DNA of 63,891 nt, filler included, from Octopus bimaculoides (lineage: Eukaryota): assembly GCF_001194135.2 (NCBI RefSeq). It is 6 parts of 5 records of this genome, joined end to end, with 100 filler letters (N's around TTAATTAATTAA, not from the genome) between each part and the next. Parts side by side here need not be neighbours in the genome. Positions count along the whole stretch, not along the records: positions 37,159 to 40,796 come from NC_068983.1; positions 40,897 to 59,427 come from NC_068983.1; 4 more parts are not named here. One strand, 5' to 3'. Of the stretch, positions 38,240 through 52,140 are shown one piece after another. How positions within the stretch are numbered: position 1 is the first letter of the stretch; every line of letters starts with the position of its first letter. Below the pieces are notes generated by a model. The model ran no database searches and was not told where the DNA came from. It worked only from the letters and a program-made list of their open reading frames with translations. The position numbers were made by a program, and so were the translations under genes.

Positions 38240-38838
38240 AAGCCAGAAAGAACATACGCAGATCTTGGCTCGAGAAATATACAAAAGCGATCCCCAGTAG
38301 ATTTACTGTAACCTTCATACTAGACGCGGTCAGCCTCATCCTCGAAAATAATACGTTCCTTTTCAATGGAAAAAAACTACCTCCAAATTCGAGGCACATT
38401 TATGGGGACGCGATTTGCTCCAGTTTTTGCGAACTCAGTATTGGGATATTTGGAACAAAACCTATAAACAAAAATTGAAGAGAACAACGGCATGACCCTT
38501 AAAAAACATGTAGAGGACACATGGAAAAGACACCTCGATGATTGTTTCCTAATTTGGACCTAATCCCTAGAAATTCTGGAATAATTCAGCACCCTCCTCA
38601 TTAATCTACACCCTGGTCTTAAATTCACAAGAGAAATGAGCAACACACAATTACTATTTCTTGACATAATGGTAATTAAAATCAACACCATAATCACAAC
38701 CGATATTTATTACAAAAGCACAGATACATACTAGTACCTAAATTTCAAATCATGACACTCAGGACACACAAAGCGCAACGTCCCGTACTGTCTAGCCAGG
38801 AAAATTTGTCCTGTAGTCGATGATCCAAATACCAGAAA
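38240..38838 (+). mobile_element. Penelope-like reverse transcriptase remnant
   Basis: LILENNTFLFNG, MGTRFAPVFAN, WKRHLDDCFLIW, LHPGLKFT, FLDIMV, TDIYYKSTDT and NVPYCLARKI; several stops. Confidence 0.9.
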
Positions 38839-39330
38839 CATATACTCACTGGCTCATTGGTTTTGAGCTCAACCCACGAAACGTAGCAAGTACTCATTGC
38901 TTGCACAGCGCGATCAATACTGTACTATTCTGTGATACATACCGCAGCTAGTTGGAAGCGACCAAATTACTGTACGTGTGTTCTTTAGTTAGTTATTGGT
39001 AACTTTGTCGATACTGACAGCTCTCTCTCTCTCTTTCTTCACTCTTTCTCCACACTCTCTCCCTCTCTCTATCCACCGATACATCTACGAGGTACGCATC
39101 TCCCAACGCACATGTAACAGGTACATACACATCAGCTTGTACGCATAAGTGTATGCATACGTATATATATATATATATATATATAATAATGTATATGAAA
39201 ACGTAAAAACTTACACGTTTGTATACACACGTACACCCAAGCGCGCACACAGTCGTACACACACACACACACACACACATATGTATGTGTGTATGTTTAT
39301 GTGTATGTATGTATGTATGTATGCATGTGC

Positions 39331-39463
39331 ACGTCGGGCTTCATTCAGTTTTCGACTACCAAATCCACTCACAAATCTTTAGTTGGCCTGAGGCTATAGT
39401 AAAAGGCACTTGCCTAAAGTGCCACGCAGTAGGACAAAAATCCAGAACCATGTGGTTGGGAAG
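39331..39463 (-). mobile_element. CORE-like SINE family 1, 5' half
   Basis: caaatccactcac...gaggctatagta...cacttgcc.aa.gtgccacgcagt. Confidence 0.8.
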
Positions 39464-39518
39464 AAAAAAACATACAGAGACATACAGAAAAAAACCTGTG
39501 CCTATATATATATATATA

Positions 39519-40266
39519 TACGTTGCATGATCAATAAGTATCCGGACTGTTGCCATAGTAACGAAGCTTAAGCACGCTGTGTGAAGCCACTGGGTACAAA
39601 TTGACCTTGGACTCTGTTGTGCGTACCCACTAAGTTTTAATGTTCTAAATCACTTCCGCAGTTTACAGCAGTGCTTGGAAGTAACGTGTGTAGCGTGTGC
39701 TCGTAGCACTGACTATGGTAGAGAAAGTCAAGCGAACAATCTGCATCAAATTTTGCCAAAAACGTGTCGATACCTACTCAGAGGCCTTCGCAAAGTTTTC
39801 AAAAAGTTTTCATCGTTCTCGACACAACCAAGGAGATTTTGTGCAACTGAAAGCCAGATGTCATTTTGGCAAATACATAACTTGGCAAATACATCTCATA
39901 CCTAACTCTTCAGTGATAAAGGAGTGAACCGTAACTAATCTGCACATCTTCTAATTACTCACGTTCGTCACTATCGACATTTTTTCGGCCATCTTGGAAA
40001 CGTTTGAGCCACTCGTACACTTGTGTGCGGCTCATACACTCCTCTCCATACTGCAACTTTGCGTAGGACTCTGAGCAGGTATTGCTATGAGAACTTTACC
40101 TGCCATGGTCAATGCGACGATCACACGTTACACACGTTGCTTCGAAGCGCCAAAGTAAATAGTGGGAGTGAGCTGGAATGTTAAAACTTAGTTCAAGGTC
40201 AATTTTTGCGTGCTTTAGCTTCGTTACTATGACAACGCTATGAGTGCTTATTGATCAAACCTCGTA
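39519..40266. mobile_element. Mariner-derived foldback element made of two inverted 5' arms
   Basis: Both ends read tacg...tgatcaataag.a..c.....gttg.catagtaacgaagct.aagcacgc inward; left arm encodes MVEKVKRTICIKFCQK, right arm (minus) MSRTQVYEWLKRFQDGRKNVDSDER; TA at both ends. Confidence 0.85.
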
Positions 40267-40479
40267 CACACACATACACACACACACACACATACGTAAC
40301 ATTTGGATTGACAGAATCGTGTGGCTGTCACAGAAAGCTCCTGTTGCGGAATCGGCTAGCAGACTACATAATAATCCAAAACGGAAGAGTGTAAAGCAGA
40401 GTTTTATGCAGTTGAAAGTATATTTGTGAGTGTATGTGAGTGTGAGCTTGTCGGCGCGCTCGCTCGCGCGTGCGTGTGT

Positions 40480-40795
40480 TTCAGCGGACTACCGTTTGGC
40501 AAACGTGTAGGTGCATTTACATCCCTGTAACTTAGCAACAGAATAAATACCAAGCTTAAAGAAAAATAAGTAGTCGGGTCGATTCAAGGCAATACTTCTT
40601 GACGGACGCCATCTGATAATTGAAGCAAAAAAAAAAAAAACTGAAAGATAAAAGATATATATATATATGTTGCTTCCCAATCAAGTGTCTTCTCCTATAG
40701 CCTCGGGCAGACCAAAGCCTTGTGAATGGATTTGGTAGACGGAAACTGAAAGAAGCTCGTCGTATATATGAGGGTGTGTGTGTGTGTGTGTGTGT
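40480..40795 (+). mobile_element. Two fragments of CORE-like SINE family 1 (a 3' part, then a 5' part)
   Basis: caagtgtcttctcctatagcctcggg..gaccaaagccttgtgaatggatttggtagacggaaactgaaagaagc. Confidence 0.75.
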
Positions 40796-41102
40796 GNNNN
40801 NNNNNNNNNNNNNNNNNNNNNNNNNNNNNNNNNNNNNNNNTTAATTAATTAANNNNNNNNNNNNNNNNNNNNNNNNNNNNNNNNNNNNNNNNNNNNCACA
40901 CACACACACACACAAACGCACGCACATGCACAATCGCACACGCACACACACACACACACGCGCGCACACGCACACGCACACACACACACACACGCAAGCA
41001 CATGCACACTCGCACACAAACACACACATGTGCGCGCGCATATATAAATATAGATATGTATATGTATAAATATACGTACACATATCTACCTATCTATCCT
41101 TG

Positions 41103-41133
<31 letters not shown>

Positions 41134-41141
41134 TTATCTAT

Positions 41142-41185
<44 letters not shown>

Positions 41186-44100
41186 TTATCTATCTATCCC
41201 AATATATAATATAGATTTAACCCAAAGATTAAATGTGGTACTTAAAATGTTTGAAGCACCAGCATTTGGTAGGATAAAAACCAAATACAAAATCAAGAGA
41301 TTTGGTGAATAAAATTTGAAGTAAAGCAACACAAATTCAATAGGTTATAGCAGTACGTACGTTTCGTACAAGCTCCATTGATTCATGTAGTGATACCTAT
41401 ATATAATACACACTCAGGCGCGCACACACGCAGCACACACATGTCTGCTATGTTGAATGTTTACGTTGTTTGCAATTGAGGGATCTAGATTTCACTTCAG
41501 TGCATGACTACAGCCGCTTCCTAAATTCAAGTAAACCCATGACTTGCGAATGAGATTGCGTTGACGTTGTCTGTATTGAAGATCATTGACTGGATTATGC
41601 CTGTAATTAATTGATTCCCTCTTGTTACAAAGACACGCTTTTTCTCCATCAAAGCTACATTAAGAGAAGACGTATCTTTGGTATAAACAGCCACTTAAAA
41701 TGCCAGACCAACGAAATTGATTGCCGTACACATAGAGACATATACTTCTACCTGTATCTATGCATGTGGCTTCCTGTGCCTATGTATTCTTGATGAGTTC
41801 AATCTAACAGTCTTGTATAAATTCCACTCTTAAATACTAGTCACTATCTGACCACGCAAAATAAAGTTGCCAGTGAAAGTGTATTCTTCAGCGGTTTACT
41901 CAGATTCCAAGGAATTACTATTAATACAAGCCACATCAAGTCACTAAGAATGTATATTACTAAAATCTTAAAAATCTCGTAATACGTTCTAATTTTTGGT
42001 ATATGAAGTGATAAAAACATGTGACTAATAATAACTTTATAACAAGGATATTGTTTATTTCCGAATTTATGTTGGCGATTGTATTCACGATTAATCTACT
42101 GAAATACAATCATCGCCATTTATCATTGCTTGTGTTTTCTTTGTGTTCACACATGAGGATATCTATTTATGTATTATCTTAAACAATTTTCTTTCCTAAA
42201 TTGGAAGTCTATAGAAATTTATCAATGCAATACATCGTTAAACATTTGGATATATTTTTTCTCTATACTTTAATAAACTTGCAGTATGGCAATAATGGTA
42301 CAGATTTGCACAGTTATGTCATCATTTTTCTTGAATTTTCAAAAATAAATAAATAAATCTAGTGAATAATCACGTAATATAATTTGTTAAATTGTAGATA
42401 AAACTATATAATACAATCCGTAATAGTTACTTGATGTATCATCAAATGCTGCAATATCAAATAATGTATAGACTGTACAAAATCGGAGAAAAAGCAATCG
42501 AAAGTTACGCATTTCATAATGCAAAGAATAAATGAAATAAAATTATTCACCCAGGTTACATATTACAGATACCATATAGACATGAGAGAAAGTTTTCTAT
42601 GGGCTACATCAAAGTTTTACTTTAGAAAAAATTCTCCAAGAAAAAACATAGCTTCTCATAAAATCAGAAGCCATGTTAAGTTACAGCTCTAAATGTTTCA
42701 CTAAGTAGTTTATATCTATATATATTTGATATGAACAAACTCCAGCTTGGTATAAATGCCCTCTATTCACTGTGGTTACCAGAGTAAAATAGCTAAATTC
42801 TTCAGCATTTTTTAAAAAAATCTTTATTATTCATAATTTCCTATTAATTTCTGTGAATATACTGTGTATGTATATAATATTTCGCTTCCGCACTGCTAAT
42901 ATTAAACATACACATAAAAGGATTTGCGATAGGTACGTGCAAGTCTCTCTCCTTCTTCCTCTATATTTTTGTATATGTGCGCGTCGGTAGCGATGTCTAT
43001 GAGCTTGTATGCATATATATATGCATACATATATTCACGTCTAACTCTATACAAATATGTGCATATATACATACATACATACATATATATATATATANNN
43101 NNNNNNNNNNNNNNNATATAGTATAGCCTTCCTTTTTCCTTTTATAAATCCCTTCTGTGCGATGTACGGAAGATTTAATCTCCCTGTAACCACGAACTAT
43201 ATACGAAAGCGAATTACTGTTGAAAAATCTACATTCTGCTTCAGAACACAATCTTCCTTGGATATTCTTCCAATAGTTTTGGTTCACCTCAAATGCAATC
43301 TCTAGTGAACAGTTGGCAATAAATTTGAAATGAACCAAATTTAGGTATTTGCTGTTTCGCACACTCATTGTGCATATAATGTCACTCGAACAGATATCTA
43401 TGTGCATTTATATACACACATACATACATGTATATATATTATAATATTATACATACATGTGTGTGCGTGTGTGTGTCTGTGTGTTTGTGTCTATCTAACA
43501 ATATATATGTTGCACACAAGATCATGCATTTGTGCAAAAATTCCAGAAAGCTATACAAACATATAGTCAATCCAAGAAGGCAAGCTCTCTCCTCAAAATT
43601 CTATACTTTGATCGTTCTTTCTGCCATGCTTTAAGGCTGCTTCCTAGTTAAATTTGTATGAAGTTTAGAACAAAACCATTTATTTTATAATAAAATATAT
43701 TTTCTTTTGAATAGATAATTTCCCGTGAGTGTTTCTATACTTAATCTCGACTCTAAAATAGAAACACATTTCAACATATATGAATATACCCCTGTTCGGA
43801 AAAAAATTGGGATCTTTATTGGATATAATTTGTTCCTTAGCATTATTATTTGAAATCAAATTTAGAAGCCTAGTAATCACAGTCATAAGTGAATAACTGG
43901 TTGAATATTGATGACATTATATTTTAGTGATTTTTAAAATGTATGCGTTTCATTCCCATTTCATTGCATAGATTCTCATATTCATATGAATTCTGTACTG
44001 ATTTATGCGTATCCTTTTTAATTCAAGCTCGTCCTTTCATAGTGTAATCTACTGGCTGAAATATAAAGCTAAAATTCTGATGTACACTACGGAAACGATA

Positions 44101-44504
44101 GTTATGTTGTCTTTTAAGAAATGAATGCACATATTTCATCGCTGTGTAAAGCTGGATAACTTATGGTACTATTTGGTCCAGTGCTTCTCAGAGAAAGAGA
44201 ATCTAAAAAGAATTTTAAAAATGCTTCCCAACGTTGGAAGTGTATCTATTTTCAAAGATCCACCGACTACAAAGAGGAACGCCAAATTCATGGAAGCTAC
44301 AAAATGCTTTACTTTTATTTAAATGTTTATCTGCTCTTTCTCCGTATTTTTCTAACGTTCTTTCGTTATTTTAGCTGTGTTTCACTTTCTGTTTTAAAGA
44401 AGGCTGGCTATAAACCCATTCTACATCTGCCATTACTAAATGCATGCTGAAACTGTGATAATGATGAAAAAAAGAAAAAGAAGCTTACGTATGTTATCTT
44501 TTAT

Positions 44505-44860
44505 GTTTTACCTGTTTTAGTCATTTGACTGCGGTCATGCTGGGGCACCGACTTGAAGGGTTTTACATTTCTTTTTAAGCCTGGTACTTATTCTATCGGT
44601 CGCTTTAACCGAACCGCTTGGATACTGCGACAGACGCACCAATACTGGTTGTCATGCAGTGGTGGGGGCAAACACTGACATAATCACACACACACACACA
44701 TAATTACGACATGCTTCTTTCAGTTTCCGTCGTATAAATTCACTCACAAGGCTTTGGTCGGTCCGATGCTATTGTAGAAGCTATTTGCCCAAGATGCCAT
44801 GAAGTGGAACTGAATCCGGAACCATGTGATTGAGAAGAAAGCATCTTACCACACAGCCTC
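44505..44860 (-). mobile_element. CORE-like tRNA-derived SINE family 1, full length with internal (CA)n
   Basis: tRNA-like head (rc ggctgtgtggtaagatgc...ggttccggattcagttcc), cttgggcaa core, internal microsatellite and conserved tail. Confidence 0.85.
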
Positions 44861-45628
44861 ATTTGTGCTTTTTCCAATAACCTTTATGAAACTGCACTAC
44901 CTTCGCATGATCCTTTCCTCTCTAATTTGTTTTATTTATATAACCAAACGTATCCCTATGTGGCATTGTTTCACTAAAACAGGTTAATACATTATATTCT
45001 GTATAAATAAAATCACAGCGTATTTAAGTTTCCACATATTCTTCTCACGAGTTTAGATTTGATGAATATTAATTGATTTTGATTATAAATAACTTCAATA
45101 TCGAATAAAGAAGAAAATATCAATCACATCACATCATATTACAGATAGAAGTCTTTTGAGTGTTCCAAGAAAATTATAAGATCTTTTTTGTGAAATGGAT
45201 TTCTTGGAGACTGATCAAAATCAATTCTACGTTGTATAGGTCAGTATTAGCATTGCCAATGCTGCTGTCCATTTATTTTCTGAGCGACTAATATACATTT
45301 ACTATTATTTGGTTACCTCATTGATTTGATATGAAGTTCCCAAATAATTTTCTGATTTAGTGCACGTTAAGTATTTTTATTGTAAGCCTCATCTTATGTT
45401 GGAGATCTACCTTCAAAATTGCTTCAGGCATAGCAATTCTGTTCTTTATGTAAGGTTATCTACGCATACATAATCCAATCATCTTTGATCCAATTTGACC
45501 AGTGCAGTTTAAACTAAAGGGTGGGATATAGCCCCTATTTCTAGTATTTTCATCAACTATTTTGAAGCTTTCTCTGTGGCTCGTCGTTCTGGTTTCGGTA
45601 CCAATCTTTGCATCTTTTATCTTTCAAC

Positions 45629-46035
45629 TTTTACTTGTTTCGGTCATAAGACTACAGCTATACTGGGGTATCGCCTTGAAAAGGTTTTAGTCGAATGAAT
45701 CAACTCCAGTACATTATCTAAAGCCTGATACATATTCTTCTGTCTCTTTTGCCGAACTGCTAATTGGTAGTGAGGTAAACTCACCTGCAACAGTTTTCAA
45801 GCGTTGTTGGGGAACAAACACAGACACAAAGTCTAACCCACACACACGCATATATATATATTTCATAAATATATCATGATGGGCTTCTTCCAGTTTCTGT
45901 CTCTCGAATCTATACAAAAGGCTTTCTACAGTCCAACGCTATAGTAGAAGACACTTGCCTAAGGTTCCACACAGTGGGACTGAAGAACAAAGCCATTTAG
46001 TTGAAAACCAAGCTTCATACCACATATCATGCCTG
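45629..46035 (-). mobile_element. CORE-like SINE family 1, full length
   Basis: Same architecture as the 44505 and 58495 copies. Confidence 0.85.
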
Positions 46036-47654
46036 AAATTTTATATTTTTCCACGGCAATAAAATCACAGTGTAGATTATTTCCATTGAGTCATACATAA
46101 TTTTTCGTATGTGTGAAATAGAAATAGCATAGTTTACCATGATATTCAATGTAAGGTAAATACTTTAAAACAACCGAACTATATTTAGGCATTTATACTC
46201 ATACTAAAATCTCACCCACTTTCTCAATAAAAAATAGAAAGCAAACGGTTAATGAAAGAGAATACATTGCTTCATAAGTTCAATTTCCATCATTATGTCA
46301 AATATAATCCCTATAAATAATTTTCGTAAGGGAATTTCACAGGAGTATGTTGTAGAATATAATATGTATTTAACAAATTTCGTACTGGCTAGACAAATAC
46401 TCGCATTATGAGATTCACTGTGTTGTAGCGATAAATTTAAGCCGATAATTAATAAGATAAATGCGTGTAATATATTCGTTACGCTATCTGCTAGTGAACG
46501 TCATCTTGCAACTTTCACCTCGAGCTTTATATGTATGTAATGTGATTTTCGTGGAAATATGCAAAAGTAATTTGCCATTGTATTCCTTCAATTATAATTT
46601 TATTTTTACAAATCTCTCTTGTCGTTTAGTCTCAGAACAATCTATCTACACATACCTGTATATTTGTTGTCTGTATCTTGTCTAAATCTTGTCTGTAACT
46701 TATCTGTATTTCGCTAACATAAAGCGTTGGAATAAATAAAGAAGAACGTTTTGATAAAAGTAAGTAACAGTTTTACCAAATGAATGTTTTGCAATGGAAG
46801 GCTATTTTATTAACTGTAGAATGATTACATAAAAGATATTGGGGGTTATTTGATTTCAAGCCTTAAACAAAAAGGAACAAATATCACAAAAATCTTTGGG
46901 GCATTAATGATTCTCCCATTTCGTTTACTTTGAACGTAAAATTTAATTAGCAGTTTCTGCAAAGCAGTGTTGTTCGTTGAATGCGGAGCTCGAGCTTTAG
47001 ACAAATATTTATTCAGGATTATACCATGTGCAACAAAGGCATCAATAGTTTAGCTAATCTAGGAAAGTGGAATTTCTGAGAAATTAAGGATGTGTCAACT
47101 TTTCTGTACTCGTGCCATTTTATCCTACAGCAATCATTATATGTCCTGTATGAAATGTGTTTTTGACGGGAAGTATTCATTATCTTAAATGTTGAACTTG
47201 AATGTCTATAATACGTGTGATGCTGATTATCAACACTTCATAGGAAAGAGTAATTTCTGAAAGCAATAAAATATGTGCGCACACACACACACACACACAC
47301 ACAGACACAGACACACACACACACACGCATGTTATATATTCTTGTACGTGTGAAAGAATAAATATATGTGTATAGATACTTATATTGTATATATNNNNNN
47401 NNNNNNNNNNNNNNNNNNNNNNNNNNNNNNNNNNNNNNNNNNNNNNNNNNNNNNNNNNNNNNNNNNNNNNNNNNNNNNNNNNNNNNNNNNNNNNNNNNNN
47501 NNNNNNNNNNNNNNNNNNNNNNNNNNNNNNNNNNNNNNNNNNNNNNNNNNNNNNNNNNNNNNNNNNNNNNNTATATATACATACGTATATATATATATAT
47601 ACATATATATATGTATATATATGTATATAAATATATATATATATATATATATAG

Positions 47655-47686
<32 letters not shown>

Positions 47687-49003
47687 ATGTATTACAAAGA
47701 CCTATATAGAAAACCATTTACTTAAGTAGATAACGTCCTTGATTGAGATCATGACAAATTGCAGGCATGATAAATTGCAGCAATTCATTTGATACACATA
47801 ACAAATGAATAATATTGTACAACATTCTCCTAACCCCACTCAATAAAAGATACAAAAAAACATCAAAGTCGTAATAAATGCCACAAGTTGAAAATTCTAG
47901 TCATGTCACAATGATCTGGCAAATCTAAAACATCTCTAAAACCGCACCGGGTGTATTTAAAGAATTTTCCTTTTCTGAATTGAAATGAAATTATGGTAAT
48001 TCAGAAACGGTAATTCGAATATCGAATAGTATTTCCAGCTATCTTCGTTAAATTAATTGCTTTTGATACTAAATTTTAGTTTGCGATTCTAAGCTCAAGT
48101 CATGTAATTAACATTTATATTTTCCCAAATTTTCGTCAGAATGCAATTTCCAGAAGCTTTAGAGTGAAATATTATTGGGTTCTCTTCTTCATGAAATTAT
48201 ATTTTGTTACGTGCTGATTATTGAAAATCATCTATGATTATTTTTGTTAGTAACTATTATATACAAAAATAAAACACTGGGGCAGAAAGGCACTGTTTTC
48301 TAAGCAGTTTACCTATTGGCATTCATAATTTGGCTGAATGCTTTGAATTATTCAACTGAATATTGATTGACTTCTTTTATTGTGTATTTTATCAAAAAAG
48401 TATTAAAGAGGTGTAGAAAAATGAATTGCAATTCCGCACTCTAAACGGAAGCTGGAACCGAGAGAATTTAATAAAATCAATAAGAGCAGTATTACAAAAA
48501 TGGCTGACAAATATGTTAGCTACTTTATGAAATCTTACTTCTAAAAAATAATTATGAATATTTGGTCTGAGTAAAGATGCCATGCAGTGAGACTGAACCC
48601 AGAATCATCTGTTTGAGAAGTAGGCGACTTACGACACAGCCACACGTTGGATTTATTGAAGCTTTCAAAGGAATACAAGTTTTCAGTCATCTATGGTGGA
48701 TGAAGTGAAGCATAAGGGTTGACTTTAATGCTACAGCATATGCCATGTTGAGAAAAAGATGTTAGCAAAATGCTTTTGAAAAGAAATGAGATCCAAAGTC
48801 ATTTTGCTCGAAGTTGATTTCATAGAAGTAATATAAGCTAACTGTCTATTGTTCTGCTGTAAATTATTTCAACGTAACTCCATTGATTCAAATAATAAGT
48901 GCCTCACCATTTACTCACAGGTAAATTGTGATTTAAAACGATAAAATAAATGACCAGAAGCGTAGCTCTCTTCAAACTCTGGGTTTTCATCTTATGTGTT
49001 ATC

Positions 49004-49047
<44 letters not shown>

Positions 49048-49429
49048 ATGTGGAGGCGCAATGGCCCAGTGGCTAGGGCAGCCGACTCGCGGTCATAGGA
49101 TCACGGTTTCGATTCCCAGACCGGGCGTTGTGAGTGTTTATTGAGCAAAAACACCTAAAGCTCCACGAGGCTCCAGCAGGGGGTGGTGGCGAACTCTGCT
49201 GTATACTCTTTCACCACACCTTTCTCTCACTCTTACTTCCTGTTGTGCCTGTAATTCAAAGGGTCAGCCTTGTCACACTGTGTCACGCTGAATATCCCCG
49301 AGAACTACGTTAAGGGTACACGTGTCTGTGGAGTGTTCAGCCACTTGCACGTTAATTCCACGAGCAGGCTGTTCCGTTGATCGGATCAACTGGAACCCTT
49401 GACGTCGTAAGCGACGGAGTGCCAACACA
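49048..49429 (+). mobile_element. tRNA-derived SINE family 3, full length, with an 11-bp target-site duplication
   Basis: A-box-like tggcccagtgg and B-box-like ggtttcgattccc; tgttatctagt at 48997-49007 and 49430-49440. Confidence 0.9.
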
Positions 49430-50109
49430 TGTTATCTAGTGTTGGATAGATTAATTGATTATGAAATAACTAATGAAGAAATATTAAAGTTATAATCATT
49501 TAGTTTAATATTCTTACTGATCTCCTTTATTGCTTTGTAGGATTTTTTTTAAAGGGAAAGTCCTTCCGTGCAAAATGAAGGGTAGTGGAAGTTACTATAT
49601 TTTTTTCAGTCACTTTCAAATGTATAAAAAAGCAGAACAAGTGGAAAATAAAATTTGACCTGTGTGAAATTAATCTTAGATATTTAAGTAACCCATCTTG
49701 GCTCCCCGACGATAATATTTAGACACTGGCTCTTTACCAATTGTATCAAATTTATGAGAGACTAAATAATAAATAAATCATATTAATGGCAAATATATTG
49801 AGATGTCTTCTTATGCTATTATGTTACAATATCGATGCGCAAATACAGACTGCTGTCATCTTTAATACACGGATAAAAGTCTGTTAGCTTGAAAGCCAAC
49901 TGGGATGAACGACCTACGACAAGCGTAGGAAACAAACGAGAAGTATATCATCTTCATTGTCCTCATCATCGTTGTTGTCGTTGTCCCTCTCTTTCTCATC
50001 GAAATCGTTATCTTCGACAGGAAAAAAAAAGAAAAACATCATGGAAGAGGAAAAAATTGAAATAAGAATGGCAAAAAAGAGATAATGCAAATCAATGTTA
50101 AAAGACAAA

Positions 50110-50164
50110 GGTGGCGATGATGATGATGATGATGCCGCCACCACTACCACCACCACCACCACCG

Positions 50165-50207
<43 letters not shown>

Positions 50208-50223
50208 CACCACCACCACCACC

Positions 50224-50260
<37 letters not shown>

Positions 50261-50344
50261 ATAATAATAATGGTTTCAACTGATACTTATTTTATCGAGA
50301 TGATAAAATGCAAAGTCCACCGCGGGAATTTTGAATTCAAGCAA

Positions 50345-50406
<62 letters not shown>

Positions 50407-50410
50407 ATTA
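50110..50410. repeat. (GAT)/(ACC)/(ACT)n and (TAG)n tracts around a short SINE fragment
   Basis: Direct. Confidence 0.9.
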
Positions 50411-51019
50411 CACAAATTGAAAACTGTAAGAGGGTGAAAAAGAAAAAGTTAAGGAGGAGGAGGAGGAGGAGAGTAACATGAAGATAAAAGAAGTAAAAGA
50501 AGGTGCTGATGCAGAAGAAGAAGAAGAAGAAGACACTGAACTGAGAAATACTAAAGAATAACGCAGCAAAAAGCGAAGAAAATAAAAACAAGTAGAACAA
50601 GAAAAGAAATAAGAAACTAGAAAAGTAAGATGAAGAAAGAAATGGAAAAGAAATGGAAGTTGCTAGGATATGAAAATAACGACGGCAGAAAGGAACAAAG
50701 TATTGTAAAATCGGACGAACATGAAATATCAAAGCGAAAATGAAGAGATTATAGTGTGACTCCATTTGAGATTTGTAGGTTTTTCTACTAGAGACGAATA
50801 ACAAAGTAAATAAATAAATAAGTAAAGCAAACAATGAGAACAAGAAGGCAAAATAAAGGAGGTAAATTGAGACATTCACACAATGGTACATCACGTAGTC
50901 GGAGGAGAGATTGCAAAGTTTATTCAGGCGATCACAAGTTGTTTTCATACTAACAACACCAGTACCACTTGAATAACTCTAACTAGTAGGACTGATCGAC
51001 CTTAAACAGTGATGTACAG

Positions 51020-52140
51020 TACTCAATGTATCATAGCATCTCCATTACCCTCATGAAATCAACCACCGCAACCTTCGCATTCATCGCAAATATCATGGTC
51101 ACTGCATCTATTACTGCATTTCTTAGGTTTGTAGTACACACCGCGAACGCTGCACAGACACCAGATACGTAAAAAGAAACAAACAAATAATCAGATATAC
51201 CTATTACACCATTCGAGCACACTACACTCCTTGCATCCATCGTTCAAAGAAACTGTGACCACTGCATCCACTTAGCACTCAATTTACTCAAAGCGCATTT
51301 TGCTCTCTCAGCATTTATTGCATTCACTGCGTTCACTGACACTACATTTACCGCATTTACCGTATACACTGCACTCATTTTATAAACTATGCATACGGCT
51401 CCTGCAGCAACCATCGCGCACGCGGCACGTAGCGTACAAAGCACCCATTATGCTTATCTTAACCACCGATGCAACACCACTCTGGTAAAAAAAAAAAAAA
51501 GAAAGGAAAAAAAAAACAGTTCGCAACCGAAATAACATAAGACATCGTTTCCGGAATTTTCAGAGCTTTCATTTGGTCCCCAGATCGGATGCAAACGATG
51601 GTTGAAGCATACATCACAGACCGAGTACGGATAAGAAAATATACCATGACTAATGCAGTCCAGCGCTCCGATCGCAGATGGGAAGACGATGGCTTATTCA
51701 CAGCAGGAATGCTTTTGCTGGTAGTCCTCTGCAGGCAGAGGTGGCCGGAGCTTAACCTTCAGTCTACTAGCAAATACATGTATTCATACTAGTTTCCTTT
51801 CAACCGTACTCCTAATCAAGCAGAGAGTCTCAACCACTACCATAGTCATCAGTTTTTCCGCCCCTCTGTCTACTATACACGAAGACCAATACTGCCAATT
51901 CCACCCTCACCACTACTACGATAATTACCACGTATATACGTACTACAATATGCAGTACGTATATACAACTCATATTTAAAAAAAGTGTTTTACTTCAGTC
52001 CTACTGCTACGGTGACAAAATTCATACAGCAGTAATCACGACATATCCACTATGACTACAAAAACTTCAACCACCACTAAAATCTTCACTACCGACTGTA
52101 TCACCATCACCTGTATCAGCTGCAGCCACTGCTCCTGATA
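51020..52140. repeat. Degenerate period-3 low-complexity region (ACT/ACC/GCA-like)
   Basis: cactgc/actac/accac periodicity; the minus-strand ORFs read VNAVNVVSVNAVNAINA. Confidence 0.5.

Noticed and set aside
49051-49125. tRNA gene
   Set aside because: Has A- and B-box-like motifs but no proper cloverleaf, and continues into a SINE body with a TSD
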